64,000 nucleotides of DNA. It comes from Candidatus Latescibacterota bacterium. GTDB taxonomy: Bacteria; Latescibacterota; UBA2968; GCA-2709665. Positions within the stretch are counted from its first letter, which is position 1. Each line of letters opens with the position of its first letter. This document shows positions 37,757-48,216 of the stretch, piece by piece. The notes under the pieces were generated by a model. That model was not told the DNA's origin. It did not search any database and worked only from the letters and a program-made list of their open reading frames with translations. The stretch is taken from positions 1-64,000 of the forward strand of contig CAXXJS010000008.1 of the NCBI GenBank assembly GCA_963662665.2, in the 5' to 3' direction. The position numbers were made by a program, and so were the translations under genes.

Positions 37757-40476
37757 CGGACCTTGAGATGATGCTGATCTGTATCGCGTTGGCGCGGGCA
37801 ATTCTACTGTTTCTGATACCCGAACGGCTGAACGCCGAACCCGTGTTTCCGCCTGAGGTTGAACGGAGTCACGTTTCGGGACTCAAGAAAAACCTCGCGC
37901 CGCTGATGGCGCTGTCCGAAGGCGAACTGGCGCAGCTGATTCCGGACCGGTCCGGATTCCGGTTTGTGGACTGTCCGAATTGCGAGGGAGGCGCTGAGGA
38001 GAATCAGCTGTCGTGGTCGATCGAGGAACCCGACCATGTCTTCTGTCTGTTCTGCAAGATGCGGTTTCCAAATGAGGTTTACCCCGAAAACGGGGTGCTG
38101 CGGGTGACCAATGCGCGGGGCGAGATCCAGGAGTATCCATTCTGGGAGGCGCCGTTTCCGCCGCCGGCAGAGTTGCCCGGGTCGCTCTCGCACATCCAGC
38201 CGGACAGGAAGTACAGGCACTATTTCCGGGCCAAGGGATGGTACGTGGCCCGGATGTATTTCTCCGACGCGGCCCATCAACTCGGACGGCTATATTATCT
38301 GACGGGGAATCCGGCATTCGCCCGGCGGGCGGCATTGATTCTGGACCGGTTCGCCCAGGTTTATCCCGGGTATTGCGCCAGGTACGACGCACCGTTCCGG
38401 CCGAAGGTGATCTTTGAGGGAGACAGCACGTTTCCGTTTCCGGTGTCTCCGTATCTGGCGGCAAAGTGGGATTACTGGGCGTATGGGGATATCCCGTCCA
38501 ACCTCGTCTTCGCTTACGATCTCGTTCGCGGCAGCGGTCAGGTGGACGACGCAATGCGCCGGAGAATCGAAGACGATCTGTTTCACGGCAGTGTCAGATT
38601 CGTACGGTCCTATCCGATTACCCTGAGCAACATGGACCCGGCGATCCTGCGAGGACTGATTTCCGCGGGCAGGGTCCTTAACGAGCCGGCGTACGTACAC
38701 GACGCGGTACAATGGATTGGCGACCTGATCCGGAAACAGTTTTTCGTGGATGGCATGTGGCGGGAAGCGGCGGTGTCGTACCATAATCAGACGGTGCAAG
38801 GGCTGGCCGATGTAATGGACCTGCTGAAAGGGTATAGCGATCCGAAGGGTTATATTCATCCGGAGAGCGGAGCGCGTTACGAGAATCTGGATCTGTCGGA
38901 CCGGTTTCCGCTCTTCGAAAAGGCGAGGCGGATTCCGGATCTCCTGCGATACCCGAGTGGCCGCGTTGTTGCGGTACACGATACGTGGGCACGGGAGCAT
39001 CGCGCGCGCACCGAGTGCTCCCGCCCTTATCTGCTTGGCGGCTCAGGACACGCCTGGCTGGGACGGGGCAGCGGTGCCGGTCAGATGCAGGCGCACCTCC
39101 ACTTTTCGGGAGCATACGGACATGCACACGCGGACCTGTTGAGTATCACCCTGTTTGCACGCGGGCAGGAGCGGCTGTCCGATATCGGCTATACCTGGAC
39201 CCACCAGCGGCAGTGGGCGTCCAGCACGCTGTCCCACAGCACCGTGGTCGTGAATGGGGAGGACCAGGCGCGGGGCGATGAAAACAACCCCTCCGACGGC
39301 AACCTGCTGCTGTTTGTGCCGGGAGACAGCGGGTTCCAGGCGGTGTCCGCCCAGGGCAATAGAGCGTATCCGGGGGTCGTCAGGGATTACAGACGCCTGC
39401 TGGTCATGATCGGCGTCTCGGATCGGGATGCTTACGTGGTCGACGTATTTCGCGTTGACGGGGGAGCGCGGCACGACTTCGTACTGGTGGGAGATGCGAA
39501 TAACGACGGGACGATTGAGACGGAACTGAATCGATCGCCATACGGTGAGACGCTGCTGCCGCCAGACGTGAAGGTCGTGTTACCCAGCGGGGAAACCGTC
39601 CCTGGATACGCGGAGGGCCACAATTTCGTCTACGCGTACGTACGGGATGTACGCCGGGCGGAAATCTCCGCACCATGGAGCGTGGTCTTCACCAGCGAGG
39701 GCGAACCGAAGGGCGGGGTCCGCGTTCACGGGGTTTCAGGTCCTGACGGGGAACTGCTCTTCGGGAGCATGCCGTCCGTTCGGCGCGCGGAGGAGAGCGA
39801 GGGCAGGCTGGATGACAACACGATGCCCGCGTTGATCCATCGCCGGGAAGGAAAGGACCTGTCCAGCGTATTCGTGAATGTGCTGGAACCGTTCGGCGAA
39901 ACGCCGTTTTTGCGCTCGGTGGAGCGACTGGGCAATGATTCTGACGGTCTGGCGCTGAAAATTACAGGAGAGGGGTATACGGACTATTTGTTGCATAACA
40001 CGGACGGCAAGCGGATGGCAGTGGAAGGCATCACGCTGGATGGCCGCATCGGGTTCGTGCGTGTGCGGGACGGAGACGTGGAGAGGATGACCCTGGTGGG
40101 CGGGTCCCTGCTGCAAAAGGGAAATGCGAAACTTTCGGGAGAAGGCATCTTTGAGGGCGCGATCCTGGGTGTTTTGCGCAAGGAAACCGGTTCCGACGTA
40201 AACGGATTGGCTGTGGACGGCAATGTTCCTGAGAGAGACTGGATAAGGGATTTGACTGTCTTGGTCAAAGACAGCGCGGGGTTTACGCTTGGCCTTCGTC
40301 TGACGGATGTCACCCGAAGAGATGGCCGGACGGTTCTCGTAATGGCAGACGATCCCGGATTTGAAATGAACCCGGATGGGACGAGCCGGCATGTCTATTT
40401 CCCCCGGCGATCCTGGACCGGAGAGAATCGATACGAGATCATGGACGTGAGGCATCTTATTCTGCCCCGGAAATAG
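37753..40476 (+). CDS. Heparinase II/III family protein
   Basis: DGMWRE...YH, GHAHADLLSI.L, SDIGY, STLSHSTVVVNG; N-terminal CxxC...CxxC. Confidence 0.85.
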   Translation: MTDLEMMLICIALARAILLFLIPERLNAEPVFPPEVERSHVSGLKKNLAPLMALSEGELAQLIPDRSGFRFVDCPNCEGGAEENQLSWSIEEPDHVFCLFCKMRFPNEVYPENGVLRVTNARGEIQEYPFWEAPFPPPAELPGSLSHIQPDRKYRHYFRAKGWYVARMYFSDAAHQLGRLYYLTGNPAFARRAALILDRFAQVYPGYCARYDAPFRPKVIFEGDSTFPFPVSPYLAAKWDYWAYGDIPSNLVFAYDLVRGSGQVDDAMRRRIEDDLFHGSVRFVRSYPITLSNMDPAILRGLISAGRVLNEPAYVHDAVQWIGDLIRKQFFVDGMWREAAVSYHNQTVQGLADVMDLLKGYSDPKGYIHPESGARYENLDLSDRFPLFEKARRIPDLLRYPSGRVVAVHDTWAREHRARTECSRPYLLGGSGHAWLGRGSGAGQMQAHLHFSGAYGHAHADLLSITLFARGQERLSDIGYTWTHQRQWASSTLSHSTVVVNGEDQARGDENNPSDGNLLLFVPGDSGFQAVSAQGNRAYPGVVRDYRRLLVMIGVSDRDAYVVDVFRVDGGARHDFVLVGDANNDGTIETELNRSPYGETLLPPDVKVVLPSGETVPGYAEGHNFVYAYVRDVRRAEISAPWSVVFTSEGEPKGGVRVHGVSGPDGELLFGSMPSVRRAEESEGRLDDNTMPALIHRREGKDLSSVFVNVLEPFGETPFLRSVERLGNDSDGLALKITGEGYTDYLLHNTDGKRMAVEGITLDGRIGFVRVRDGDVERMTLVGGSLLQKGNAKLSGEGIFEGAILGVLRKETGSDVNGLAVDGNVPERDWIRDLTVLVKDSAGFTLGLRLTDVTRRDGRTVLVMADDPGFEMNPDGTSRHVYFPRRSWTGENRYEIMDVRHLILPRK

Positions 40477-40529
40477 ATTGCCGAAATTCGACTCACACGG
40501 AGACACAAAGGGAAAGACTGAGATCAGCC

Positions 40530-40805
40530 AAAGGCGGGGAGACGGGAGTCGGTAGACGGTAGATGAAAAACCTGAAAGCGGGGAGCCGTGATCCGGTAGA
40601 TGAAACACCTTGCCATCTAATGCGGCGCCATGCAAGGAAAGATAGCGCCGGAACGCCATATTGAATCGTGTGCGCCTATGGTATTGATATTGACACAACG
40701 GCGTTTACACTAAACCGGTGCCTGTTTCTTTGCCGTTATCGTAACGACAAGAAAAACCATAGCGCACTCACATCCTCTCCCGTCTCACTTCTTCCGTCTA
40801 CCCAC
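40530..40805. repeat. MITE-like heptamer-ended element
   Basis: aaggcggggagacgggagtcggtagacggtagatg ... catcctctcccgtctcacttcttccgtctacc; 40705-40770 is an inverted copy of 10903-10970. Confidence 0.7.
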
Positions 40806-40875
40806 CGGTCGGGATGGGTGGGCGGGCTGATCCCTTATGGCTGGTTTTCGTATCAAGATCCGAGGAGACTGTGAT

Positions 40876-43290
40876 ATGGTCAGAATGTCAGACACAACGG
40901 AATTGCGCGCGCCATTCCTCCCGGCGGAAGAGAACGAACTCAGCCGGCGCTACCTGCGGATGATCGAGAAATGGATTCCCGTGGGCATCGAGTATTTTCA
41001 GGAATGGCCGGACAGACCGAACTGCGGGCATTTCTTTGGCGGTTGTCACTGGTATGGAAACGAGACGACGCCGCCCGTGGAAACATTCGCGCTGGCCAGC
41101 ATCTCCCCCGAGTACGACGAGAAAGGCGTCGGCGTCTCCCGGAGCGACCTTCAGCGCATGGCGATTATGGGGTTGCGGTATCTGTGTTTCACGCACGACT
41201 CCGGTCCGGAGGACTGCGTGCGGCCCAGCGTCGGAATCGGGCGGCCGGAGATCTGCGGAACCAAGTGGGGCGAACGCGGATTGGGGTTCTTCAAGGAAAG
41301 CCAGTGCGGCCATGGGATCTCCGCGCTGGGGCGCGTCTGCCTGTTGCTGCGGGACCGGATTGACGACGAGACCTGGATGATGATGGCTCGTGTCCACGCG
41401 GACTACGCCGGCAGGTTCGGGAATATGGCGCCGAAGAGCGGCATTTACGTGGATACGCAGATGGAAGAGAACGCGTGGACCTCGAACGGATTGACGTCGT
41501 GCTTCCTGTTTCTGGAACGCCATGAACAAGCGGCTGCATGGGAAGCAACCTGCCGGCGTTGGATGTACTCCACCTGTGCAACACCCCAGGATGCGAAGGA
41601 CCGCGGCAGGTTGAACGGCGCCACGGCGGGGTCTCTGGCCGGAAAGACGTTTACGGCGCTGCCGGATTATTGGGCGGAAAACCACGGGATGGTGCATCCG
41701 AACTACACCTCGTCCGGCGTTCGGCCGCTCACTTCGGCGGGAACACAATTGAAACTGTGGGGACGGGAACTGCCGCCGGAGGTGTTCTGGAACCGCCGCA
41801 GGGTGTATGAGAACCTCAAGGCGATGACCGACGGATCCGGATATGCGCAGGCCGTGCAGGGGATGGACTGGCACTATCTGCCGTCCACGGGAAGCGAGAC
41901 ACCGCATTCCGCGGCTGCCGTGTTCTTTGACGACCCGGACGCCGCCGCGCTGCTGCGCAGAGGGCTTCGGAACGCGGAACTACGGCAGGACGGAAACGGC
42001 GGGCGGATGTACGACAGGGAATTCTCCATGAAGGCGCACGACCAGCAGGACCCGATGATCATGCGTGAAGTTACCATCGGCGCGGTCGCGCACCAGTACC
42101 TGTTTCACCGGTTGTTCGGCCCCGGTGCGGCGCCCACGCCCGAAGATGAACTCGAACGGCGATTGGCCGGGGTGCGTGAGTACCCGCACGCGGGTTTCGT
42201 CCACCACCGGCACCCGAAGGGGCAAACCTCGTTTTCCTGGCGGAACTCCGTGATGGCGATGCCGCTGACCCGGGAGGGGATCTATACGATCGCGCCTTGT
42301 TCGGATAGCTGGCTGGGCAGGCCGGCGGTGAAGGGAAAACCCGACAGCCATCGACTGAAACAGGTGAAGGTGACCGACTATGACGACGGATTCGCCGCCG
42401 CGATGTCCATGGACCGGTGCCAGGAGTCATTGAGGCAGGAGGTGTTGTTCGCCAGCCTGCCCGACGGACGGGCGCTTTCCTTCGAGCGGTTCACGGCCCT
42501 GGAAGACCTGTCGCTGGATTCCCTCGACCAGGGGTTCCTGCGGATCACCAACGAACACTTCCCGTTACTGGAGCCGAACTGCCGTGGCGTCCGCACCCTG
42601 TACCGCCCCGACGGATCCTTCGACTACAAAGGCTGGCTCGGCGATCGCGAAGAGGACGATATCGAGGATCGCATCGGCAGGCCGGATTGGCTGAATATCG
42701 ACGACCGCCTGGGGATCGTGTTCTCGGGAACGGGCGATGCAGTTTACCTCAATCGGCACTATTACAAGCCGTATCGCGCCATCGCGGATGATCTCACACT
42801 CTCGCGTCAGGCGAACGGACAGGCAGTACGGGCCGGCGAGGAAGCCGGAAATCTCACGGCGTTGCTGATACCCGAACAGCCCCACGAATACACGCCCGCC
42901 TGTCGTCTCAACGTCCTGACGGGGCCGGAACAGAGCGCCTGCCTGGTTACCGACGGCTACCTCGCAGCCGCCAATTTCGCGAGCGACCGCCGGGTATGTG
43001 CGTTCACACGGACCAGGTGTGAGAAAATCGTGGTCTATTTGGGCGCAACGGTTGTTGCGAATGGAGACACCGTACGGGTTGACGTGCCGCTCAACAGCGG
43101 CAGCGCCTGTTTGCTGGCGGAGACGCATTCACTGCGCGTGGATGGGGATATACGAATCGATTCAACACCGGACGGCGGGATCTTTGTGACGAACACCGGT
43201 ACCGATGGCCTGGCAATCGAGATCACGAGCGGCGAAGACGCCGCCAGGGACCGGGCGATCGACGCCGGACAGACGATACGAATCGGATAA
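40876..43290 (+). CDS. Hypothetical protein, paralog of 33882-36296
   Basis: GAGGAG RBS before ATG 40876; full-length colinearity with the paralog. Confidence 0.75.
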   Translation: MVRMSDTTELRAPFLPAEENELSRRYLRMIEKWIPVGIEYFQEWPDRPNCGHFFGGCHWYGNETTPPVETFALASISPEYDEKGVGVSRSDLQRMAIMGLRYLCFTHDSGPEDCVRPSVGIGRPEICGTKWGERGLGFFKESQCGHGISALGRVCLLLRDRIDDETWMMMARVHADYAGRFGNMAPKSGIYVDTQMEENAWTSNGLTSCFLFLERHEQAAAWEATCRRWMYSTCATPQDAKDRGRLNGATAGSLAGKTFTALPDYWAENHGMVHPNYTSSGVRPLTSAGTQLKLWGRELPPEVFWNRRRVYENLKAMTDGSGYAQAVQGMDWHYLPSTGSETPHSAAAVFFDDPDAAALLRRGLRNAELRQDGNGGRMYDREFSMKAHDQQDPMIMREVTIGAVAHQYLFHRLFGPGAAPTPEDELERRLAGVREYPHAGFVHHRHPKGQTSFSWRNSVMAMPLTREGIYTIAPCSDSWLGRPAVKGKPDSHRLKQVKVTDYDDGFAAAMSMDRCQESLRQEVLFASLPDGRALSFERFTALEDLSLDSLDQGFLRITNEHFPLLEPNCRGVRTLYRPDGSFDYKGWLGDREEDDIEDRIGRPDWLNIDDRLGIVFSGTGDAVYLNRHYYKPYRAIADDLTLSRQANGQAVRAGEEAGNLTALLIPEQPHEYTPACRLNVLTGPEQSACLVTDGYLAAANFASDRRVCAFTRTRCEKIVVYLGATVVANGDTVRVDVPLNSGSACLLAETHSLRVDGDIRIDSTPDGGIFVTNTGTDGLAIEITSGEDAARDRAIDAGQTIRIG

Positions 43291-43405
43291 TGAATCACCT
43301 TGCGCGCACCCGCTACCCTCAGCCGGAACCAAAACGGGCACTGAGACCGACGATTACGCAGACTATGCTCAGAATGGAGGGCAGGTTTACGACGCGTCCA
43401 ATGGC

Positions 43406-43495
43406 ATCACTCCCCCCTTGAGGGGGAGTCGCAGAAACCCGAGCCGATCCCTGAACTCGCGTCTTGAGCCTGCGGTCGTTGAGCTTGTCGAAACG
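43406..43495 (+). repeat. Partial copy of the ~255-bp composite repeat
   Basis: atcactccccccttgagggggagtcgcagaa identical to the 48.6-kb and 54.2-kb copies. Confidence 0.75.
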
Positions 43496-43554
43496 ACTCG
43501 TTGGTTGTATTTCGGCTATCGATTTCAGTGTAATTACTTGAGGGAGACATATCC

Positions 43555-46089
43555 GTGAACGATCAGTGTTTACTCCAAAATAGCGCCCTTTCCCTGAAGT
43601 GGGAGGACGGGAATCTCCAGGTCGAAAATCGACGATCGGGTCTCCGCCACACGTTTGACTCTCCGGCATTCATGCTCCGGCTGGGTGAAGTGGAGATTCA
43701 CGCGGACCGTTTCGTTCAGACCGGCATGCAGGCCGGTACCGACGAGGTGGTGTTCGACTTTCTGCATGAAGCAACGGACATCCGGGTGCGCGTACGGTAT
43801 TGGATCGAAGGAGAAGATCCATGGTTCAGGAAGCGGTTGACGCTCGAAGCGCCGGACAGTCCGAGCGCGCCGACCCCGGACAGACTCTGGGTGGACATTC
43901 AGGAAAGGCCTCCACGGCCAATCAGAAGGGTCGGATACGGCGTCCGCGGCGGACCCGACGCGGAAGAACAGACCGGGCTGAACTCATACGCCCCGCCGGT
44001 GCCGGGTTGCGGGTATCCGGTTTGGGCGGGTGACTGGTTCGCCGGTCTGGAACATCCTGTGGGGTTTGCGGTACCGGGAGACCGGCTGGAGCTCTTCCAC
44101 CATCCGGTGTGGGACGATGAACGGCGCATTGAAAGCTACACCGCGGTCTTCGGCGCAGCGGAGAGTCACAACACGGTGCGGGACGCGTTTATGGACTATC
44201 TGTGGCAGATCCGCCTGCCCCGGCTGTCGAAGCCGATTTTCCATCTTTCCGTGGGATGGTCTGTACGTTATCTGGGCAACCGGGAGTATATCGACTCGTT
44301 CGAAATGAACCAGGCGTATGCCGAGGCGGTATTGGAGCTCGGGCTGAAGCCGGATTCGCTGGCGTTTGACGCGGGCTGGTTCGACAGGAAGACCATTTAC
44401 CGGCACAAGGGCGACGATGAGGAGGATTCGCGGCTCATCGCGTTTGCGGAAGACTTGAAACAGAAGGGATTTTCGCTGGCGTTGTGGGTGACACACAACG
44501 GTCCGGTGGGTTTCGACACCGATTGGATTCAGGAACAGGGATGGCGGGTTGGCGAGGGACCCGGCTCCTACGGAAGCGGGACCTTTGTGGTCATGGCGCA
44601 GCCGTCCTTCGAAGAGGCCGTGGCGCGGCGCTGGGAGCGGCTGGTGAGGGACGTGGGGACGGTGCATCTGAAGATCGATTGGGACAACGAGTGCGCCACC
44701 CATCCGGATTTTCAGGACCGTTTCCCGTCGCCCCATCACATGCGCGAGGCCTCGATCAACGCGTTCAACCGGATCGACCGCCGGCTGCGGGCTGTCAATC
44801 CCAGGCTGGTGACACGGAACGGATGGTGGCCCAGCCCATGGTGGCTGTGCCTGGCGAACCACACCTGGCTGATACATTCCGGAGACTGCGAATACGCGTC
44901 CTGGCCGGCTCGCACCCAGCGCGACCGGGCCCTGACGCATCGGGACACGGTTTATTATCAGATCATGCGCCGGGCGGAAACGCCCATCTATTTCGATGCG
45001 TATGATAATCACGAATTCGTGCAGGCACTGACGAATGCGTTCGGAGACCCGGACCATACGTGGTTGGACAACCTGGTGCTGGCGGCCTGCCGCGGCACCA
45101 CCTATATGCCGATGCCGATCAATCCCGAGAGCCTCAGGGCGAACCGGGCGGAGCAACTGCAGGCGATGATGGACTGGATGCGTTTCAACGCGGACGAACT
45201 GGGCACGAAGGAGACGCGGATGGTGCTGGGGAATCCGGCCTTCGGAAAGATTTACGGTTTCCTGCATCCTTCGGACGGAAGCGCGTGGCTCCTGCTCCGA
45301 AATCCTTCCATTGAACCTCAGGTTGTGGATCCTGGAGAGGACTTTGGATTGGGATACGCGCCTGGAACCGTTCGACAGGTCCATCCGTTCTGGGAGGACC
45401 TGAACGGGTCGGTGAGGTTGTTGGGGAATGAAGTCCGCTTGCTGAAGATTTACGCCGATGGACAGGAGGACGTCTCTCCCATACCCGGCGTTCCGTTCAT
45501 GGCGCGGCTGTGCGATGGGGGATGTGAATACCTGTTTCCAGGGGACCGGCGGCTTACGGAAGACGTTGGTCCCTCGGTGCATCCGGATATGCAGATCCCC
45601 GGTCTCTCCGCCGAGACGACCTGCGACGAATTGAATGACGGTTCCCGCAGGATGCAGTGGTACGTCGCGGTGCCGCACCGGTTCGAGCGACCGGAACTGC
45701 AGGTTGTCCTTCTCGGGCCGGAGGAAGTGCTGGATGGCGTGGAAGTCCGCGCCGGCGGGTCGCGGTACAAGGGCGTGCCGGCGCGATACGCGTATATGAC
45801 CCAGCGCATCCACCGGCAGGGCCGAAGCAGCCACGGCTCTTCGAGGTTCCTGCCCCCCGTGGGACCGAGGGAACGTGACGACTATCTTTTCAACATTCAC
45901 GACAGCGGATGGGCCTCGGTAACGGTGGATATCACGGGCGACGATCTGGATGCACTGACGGTAAAGGCCTGGATCGCCGGATACGAGGCGCCCGCCAGAC
46001 AGACGATTGTCCGGGACGCGCCGCCGATGCCCGGCCCCCTGCTTCCGGTACATCCGTACGGATTTTCCAGATGTCTCGAGATCAGGTGA
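43555..46089 (+). CDS. Putative glycoside hydrolase, clan GH-D (GH36/27-like TIM barrel)
   Basis: FDAGWF (cf. GH36 DDGWF), LALW, LKIDWD (cf. KWD nucleophile), SGD. Confidence 0.6.
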   Translation: MNDQCLLQNSALSLKWEDGNLQVENRRSGLRHTFDSPAFMLRLGEVEIHADRFVQTGMQAGTDEVVFDFLHEATDIRVRVRYWIEGEDPWFRKRLTLEAPDSPSAPTPDRLWVDIQERPPRPIRRVGYGVRGGPDAEEQTGLNSYAPPVPGCGYPVWAGDWFAGLEHPVGFAVPGDRLELFHHPVWDDERRIESYTAVFGAAESHNTVRDAFMDYLWQIRLPRLSKPIFHLSVGWSVRYLGNREYIDSFEMNQAYAEAVLELGLKPDSLAFDAGWFDRKTIYRHKGDDEEDSRLIAFAEDLKQKGFSLALWVTHNGPVGFDTDWIQEQGWRVGEGPGSYGSGTFVVMAQPSFEEAVARRWERLVRDVGTVHLKIDWDNECATHPDFQDRFPSPHHMREASINAFNRIDRRLRAVNPRLVTRNGWWPSPWWLCLANHTWLIHSGDCEYASWPARTQRDRALTHRDTVYYQIMRRAETPIYFDAYDNHEFVQALTNAFGDPDHTWLDNLVLAACRGTTYMPMPINPESLRANRAEQLQAMMDWMRFNADELGTKETRMVLGNPAFGKIYGFLHPSDGSAWLLLRNPSIEPQVVDPGEDFGLGYAPGTVRQVHPFWEDLNGSVRLLGNEVRLLKIYADGQEDVSPIPGVPFMARLCDGGCEYLFPGDRRLTEDVGPSVHPDMQIPGLSAETTCDELNDGSRRMQWYVAVPHRFERPELQVVLLGPEEVLDGVEVRAGGSRYKGVPARYAYMTQRIHRQGRSSHGSSRFLPPVGPRERDDYLFNIHDSGWASVTVDITGDDLDALTVKAWIAGYEAPARQTIVRDAPPMPGPLLPVHPYGFSRCLEIR

Positions 46090-46140
46090 CCGGGCGGTCC
46101 CGAACAAGCTGCGATCGCCCTTCTGAAAGGAGTTTGTGAG

Positions 46141-47019
46141 ATGGCGCTGAGGCACGATGCCGAACAAAACGTCTGGCACTTTGAAACGGAGCAGATGGCG
46201 GGACACATTCAGCCGGACGGAGACCGGCATGGGATCAAGGAGTTGACACACAAACCCACGGGTGCGCAGATTGTACACCCGAAGTACGACCTCCTGAATC
46301 TGTTCTTCATGTTTTCGCAGAATCACTGCATGGGGCAGGCGCGCGAGAACGAGCGCACGATTACGGCCGAAGGCAATGCAATCGACGTGCACTGGGCGCC
46401 AACGGACGATCACAAGGCGGAGATGACAGCCAGGTACGAGGTTGTGGAACCCAATGCGGTGGACCTGTCGATTACCGTGGCGTCCGACTGGCCGTATCCG
46501 GCTTATGAAGTGTTCCTGTCGAACTACTTCGATCTGTCGCTGCGGCCGTACGTGTACGTTCAGGGCAGCCCGTTCGATATCCCGGCAGACGAGGCGCGCT
46601 GGATCGCGCCGGAGGTGAACGACGTGTTTGTGGGAACGGGACTGGTCTTCTCCAGGGACCAGCACGCGGCCAGGCGGTCCACCGACGGGCGATGGGACCG
46701 GATCTGGGGCCTCTACCAATGGAATCCCCAACGCTATTTCGAGTTGCCGGTGATTATAAGCGCCAACCTGGAAGAGGGGGTCGCCGGGGTACTGATGTCC
46801 AGACCCCGGGACTGTTACGCGGTGATCTGCGGGTACGAGAGTGAGAACATGAAGGACCCGTTCAAGGACCAGAACCCGCTTTACCTTTCTTTGTTTGGGG
46901 ATGACTTCCGCGTTGGGGATGAACGCACCGTGGAGGTGCGGTTCGCCGTCACCGAAATCGACGCGTCGATGACGCAACCGCTGGCGCTGTACGAAACGTT
47001 TATGGCGGAGAAGGGGTAG
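46141..47019 (+). CDS. Hypothetical protein (beta-rich)
   Basis: AAGGAG RBS, coding-like composition, last gene of the co-oriented cluster. Confidence 0.7.
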   Translation: MALRHDAEQNVWHFETEQMAGHIQPDGDRHGIKELTHKPTGAQIVHPKYDLLNLFFMFSQNHCMGQARENERTITAEGNAIDVHWAPTDDHKAEMTARYEVVEPNAVDLSITVASDWPYPAYEVFLSNYFDLSLRPYVYVQGSPFDIPADEARWIAPEVNDVFVGTGLVFSRDQHAARRSTDGRWDRIWGLYQWNPQRYFELPVIISANLEEGVAGVLMSRPRDCYAVICGYESENMKDPFKDQNPLYLSLFGDDFRVGDERTVEVRFAVTEIDASMTQPLALYETFMAEKG

Positions 47020-47140
47020 GCGCGCACGCGCAGCCCGACGTCGCTTGATCCCGTAGCGCGAACTGGTCGTTCGCGGCACCATCGGTGGGCCGTTCCCACT
47101 AACGTACCAAGCGAACCTCGATGGCCGGAGGGATAGGTCG

Positions 47141-47411
47141 CGGAAAAGCGGGGAGACGGTAGATAAAAAACCCGAAAGCGGGGAGCGGGGAGCGGGGGGA
47201 CGGTAGATGACGTCTTTGCCTGATTGGTTCTTCCTTTTATGCCTCCGGCAAAAATGTAACCGCACGGGGCAGGCCATCTCTCCCGTCTACCCTCTCACGT
47301 CTCACCGCCTTATGGAGAGGTCCCGCCCATATCGATGATAGACTTCGCCATGCCATAACGATATCCTGTAGATGCGGTGACATCATCTCCCGTCTTACGT
47401 CTCACCGCTTC
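47141..47411. repeat. MITE-like heptamer-ended element
   Basis: aaagcggggagacggtagat... core 47201-47265 ...tctcccgtctaccctctcacgtctcaccgcctt, with a second end at ~47385-47411. Confidence 0.7.
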
Positions 47412-47445
47412 TAAGGGGCCGGGGGGAGAGGTCCGGGCACCTGAA

Positions 47446-48216
47446 TCAAGGCATCCAGATATTCCACTTGCCGTATTTTTCCCAGATGCGGCAGGTGTCG
47501 CAGGTGCACATCCACCGGAGCGCGAAACGCGGTTTATTGCCTGTATTGAGAGACCCGGCGTGTACGAGCAGGTAATGAAAAAACAGGACGTCGCCCCGGG
47601 ACGGCTTCAGCTCAACCGGTTCTCGAAGATTGAACTTCTGTTGCGGGTTCTTTAAATCCGGCAGCACGCGATACCTGTCGGGGTCATTCACCGCCGCCTC
47701 GCCGAGCGTCCGATGCGAGCCCGGCCAGACCGTGGTTCCGCCGCCCTGTGCAACACCCGTATCCAGATAGGTCAGCGACGAAACCCGGAATGACCCTGGA
47801 AAGACGCTGAAGGGTCGATGAACGCCATCGGCATGCCCGCTGTGGTGATTCCAATCTCCGGAGACCGGAAATACACTGCGTGTCCACACTGCCTGAGGCT
47901 GTGGTTTCTGACAATGAAACGCCTCTGCATTCTTCCGGACAAGCTGGCTCTGCGCATCGCAAAACGCGGGTGTACAACAAGCAAGCAAAGCGGGGTCCTG
48001 GAGCCCGAAATGTTCAATCACCCCCTGGCTGGCCACCGTCGTTACGCCGTCGGCATCGTCCGGTAAAGGAGACCAGGACGCAAGATCGTCCCGGTCCATC
48101 CCCAGGACGGACCACATCGCTGCCTCCGCCTGGGCAATCGTCGCTTCCGGAATCAACCCGGACACCAGCACGAACCCGTTCCGGTCATATTGCGCCATCT
48201 GATCCTGCGAAAGCAT
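47446..48216 (-). CDS. PhyH-family dioxygenase
   Basis: YDRNGFV, HAD (HxD), WPGSH, GDVLFFH...H...N...R. Confidence 0.85.
   Translation of the reverse strand: MLSQDQMAQYDRNGFVLVSGLIPEATIAQAEAAMWSVLGMDRDDLASWSPLPDDADGVTTVASQGVIEHFGLQDPALLACCTPAFCDAQSQLVRKNAEAFHCQKPQPQAVWTRSVFPVSGDWNHHSGHADGVHRPFSVFPGSFRVSSLTYLDTGVAQGGGTTVWPGSHRTLGEAAVNDPDRYRVLPDLKNPQQKFNLREPVELKPSRGDVLFFHYLLVHAGSLNTGNKPRFALRWMCTCDTCRIWEKYGKWNIWMP

Noticed and set aside
43984-47277. 1097-aa minus-strand ORF
   Set aside because: Antisense shadow of two well-formed plus-strand genes; Arg/Pro/His-rich, no motifs, starts inside a repeat element.
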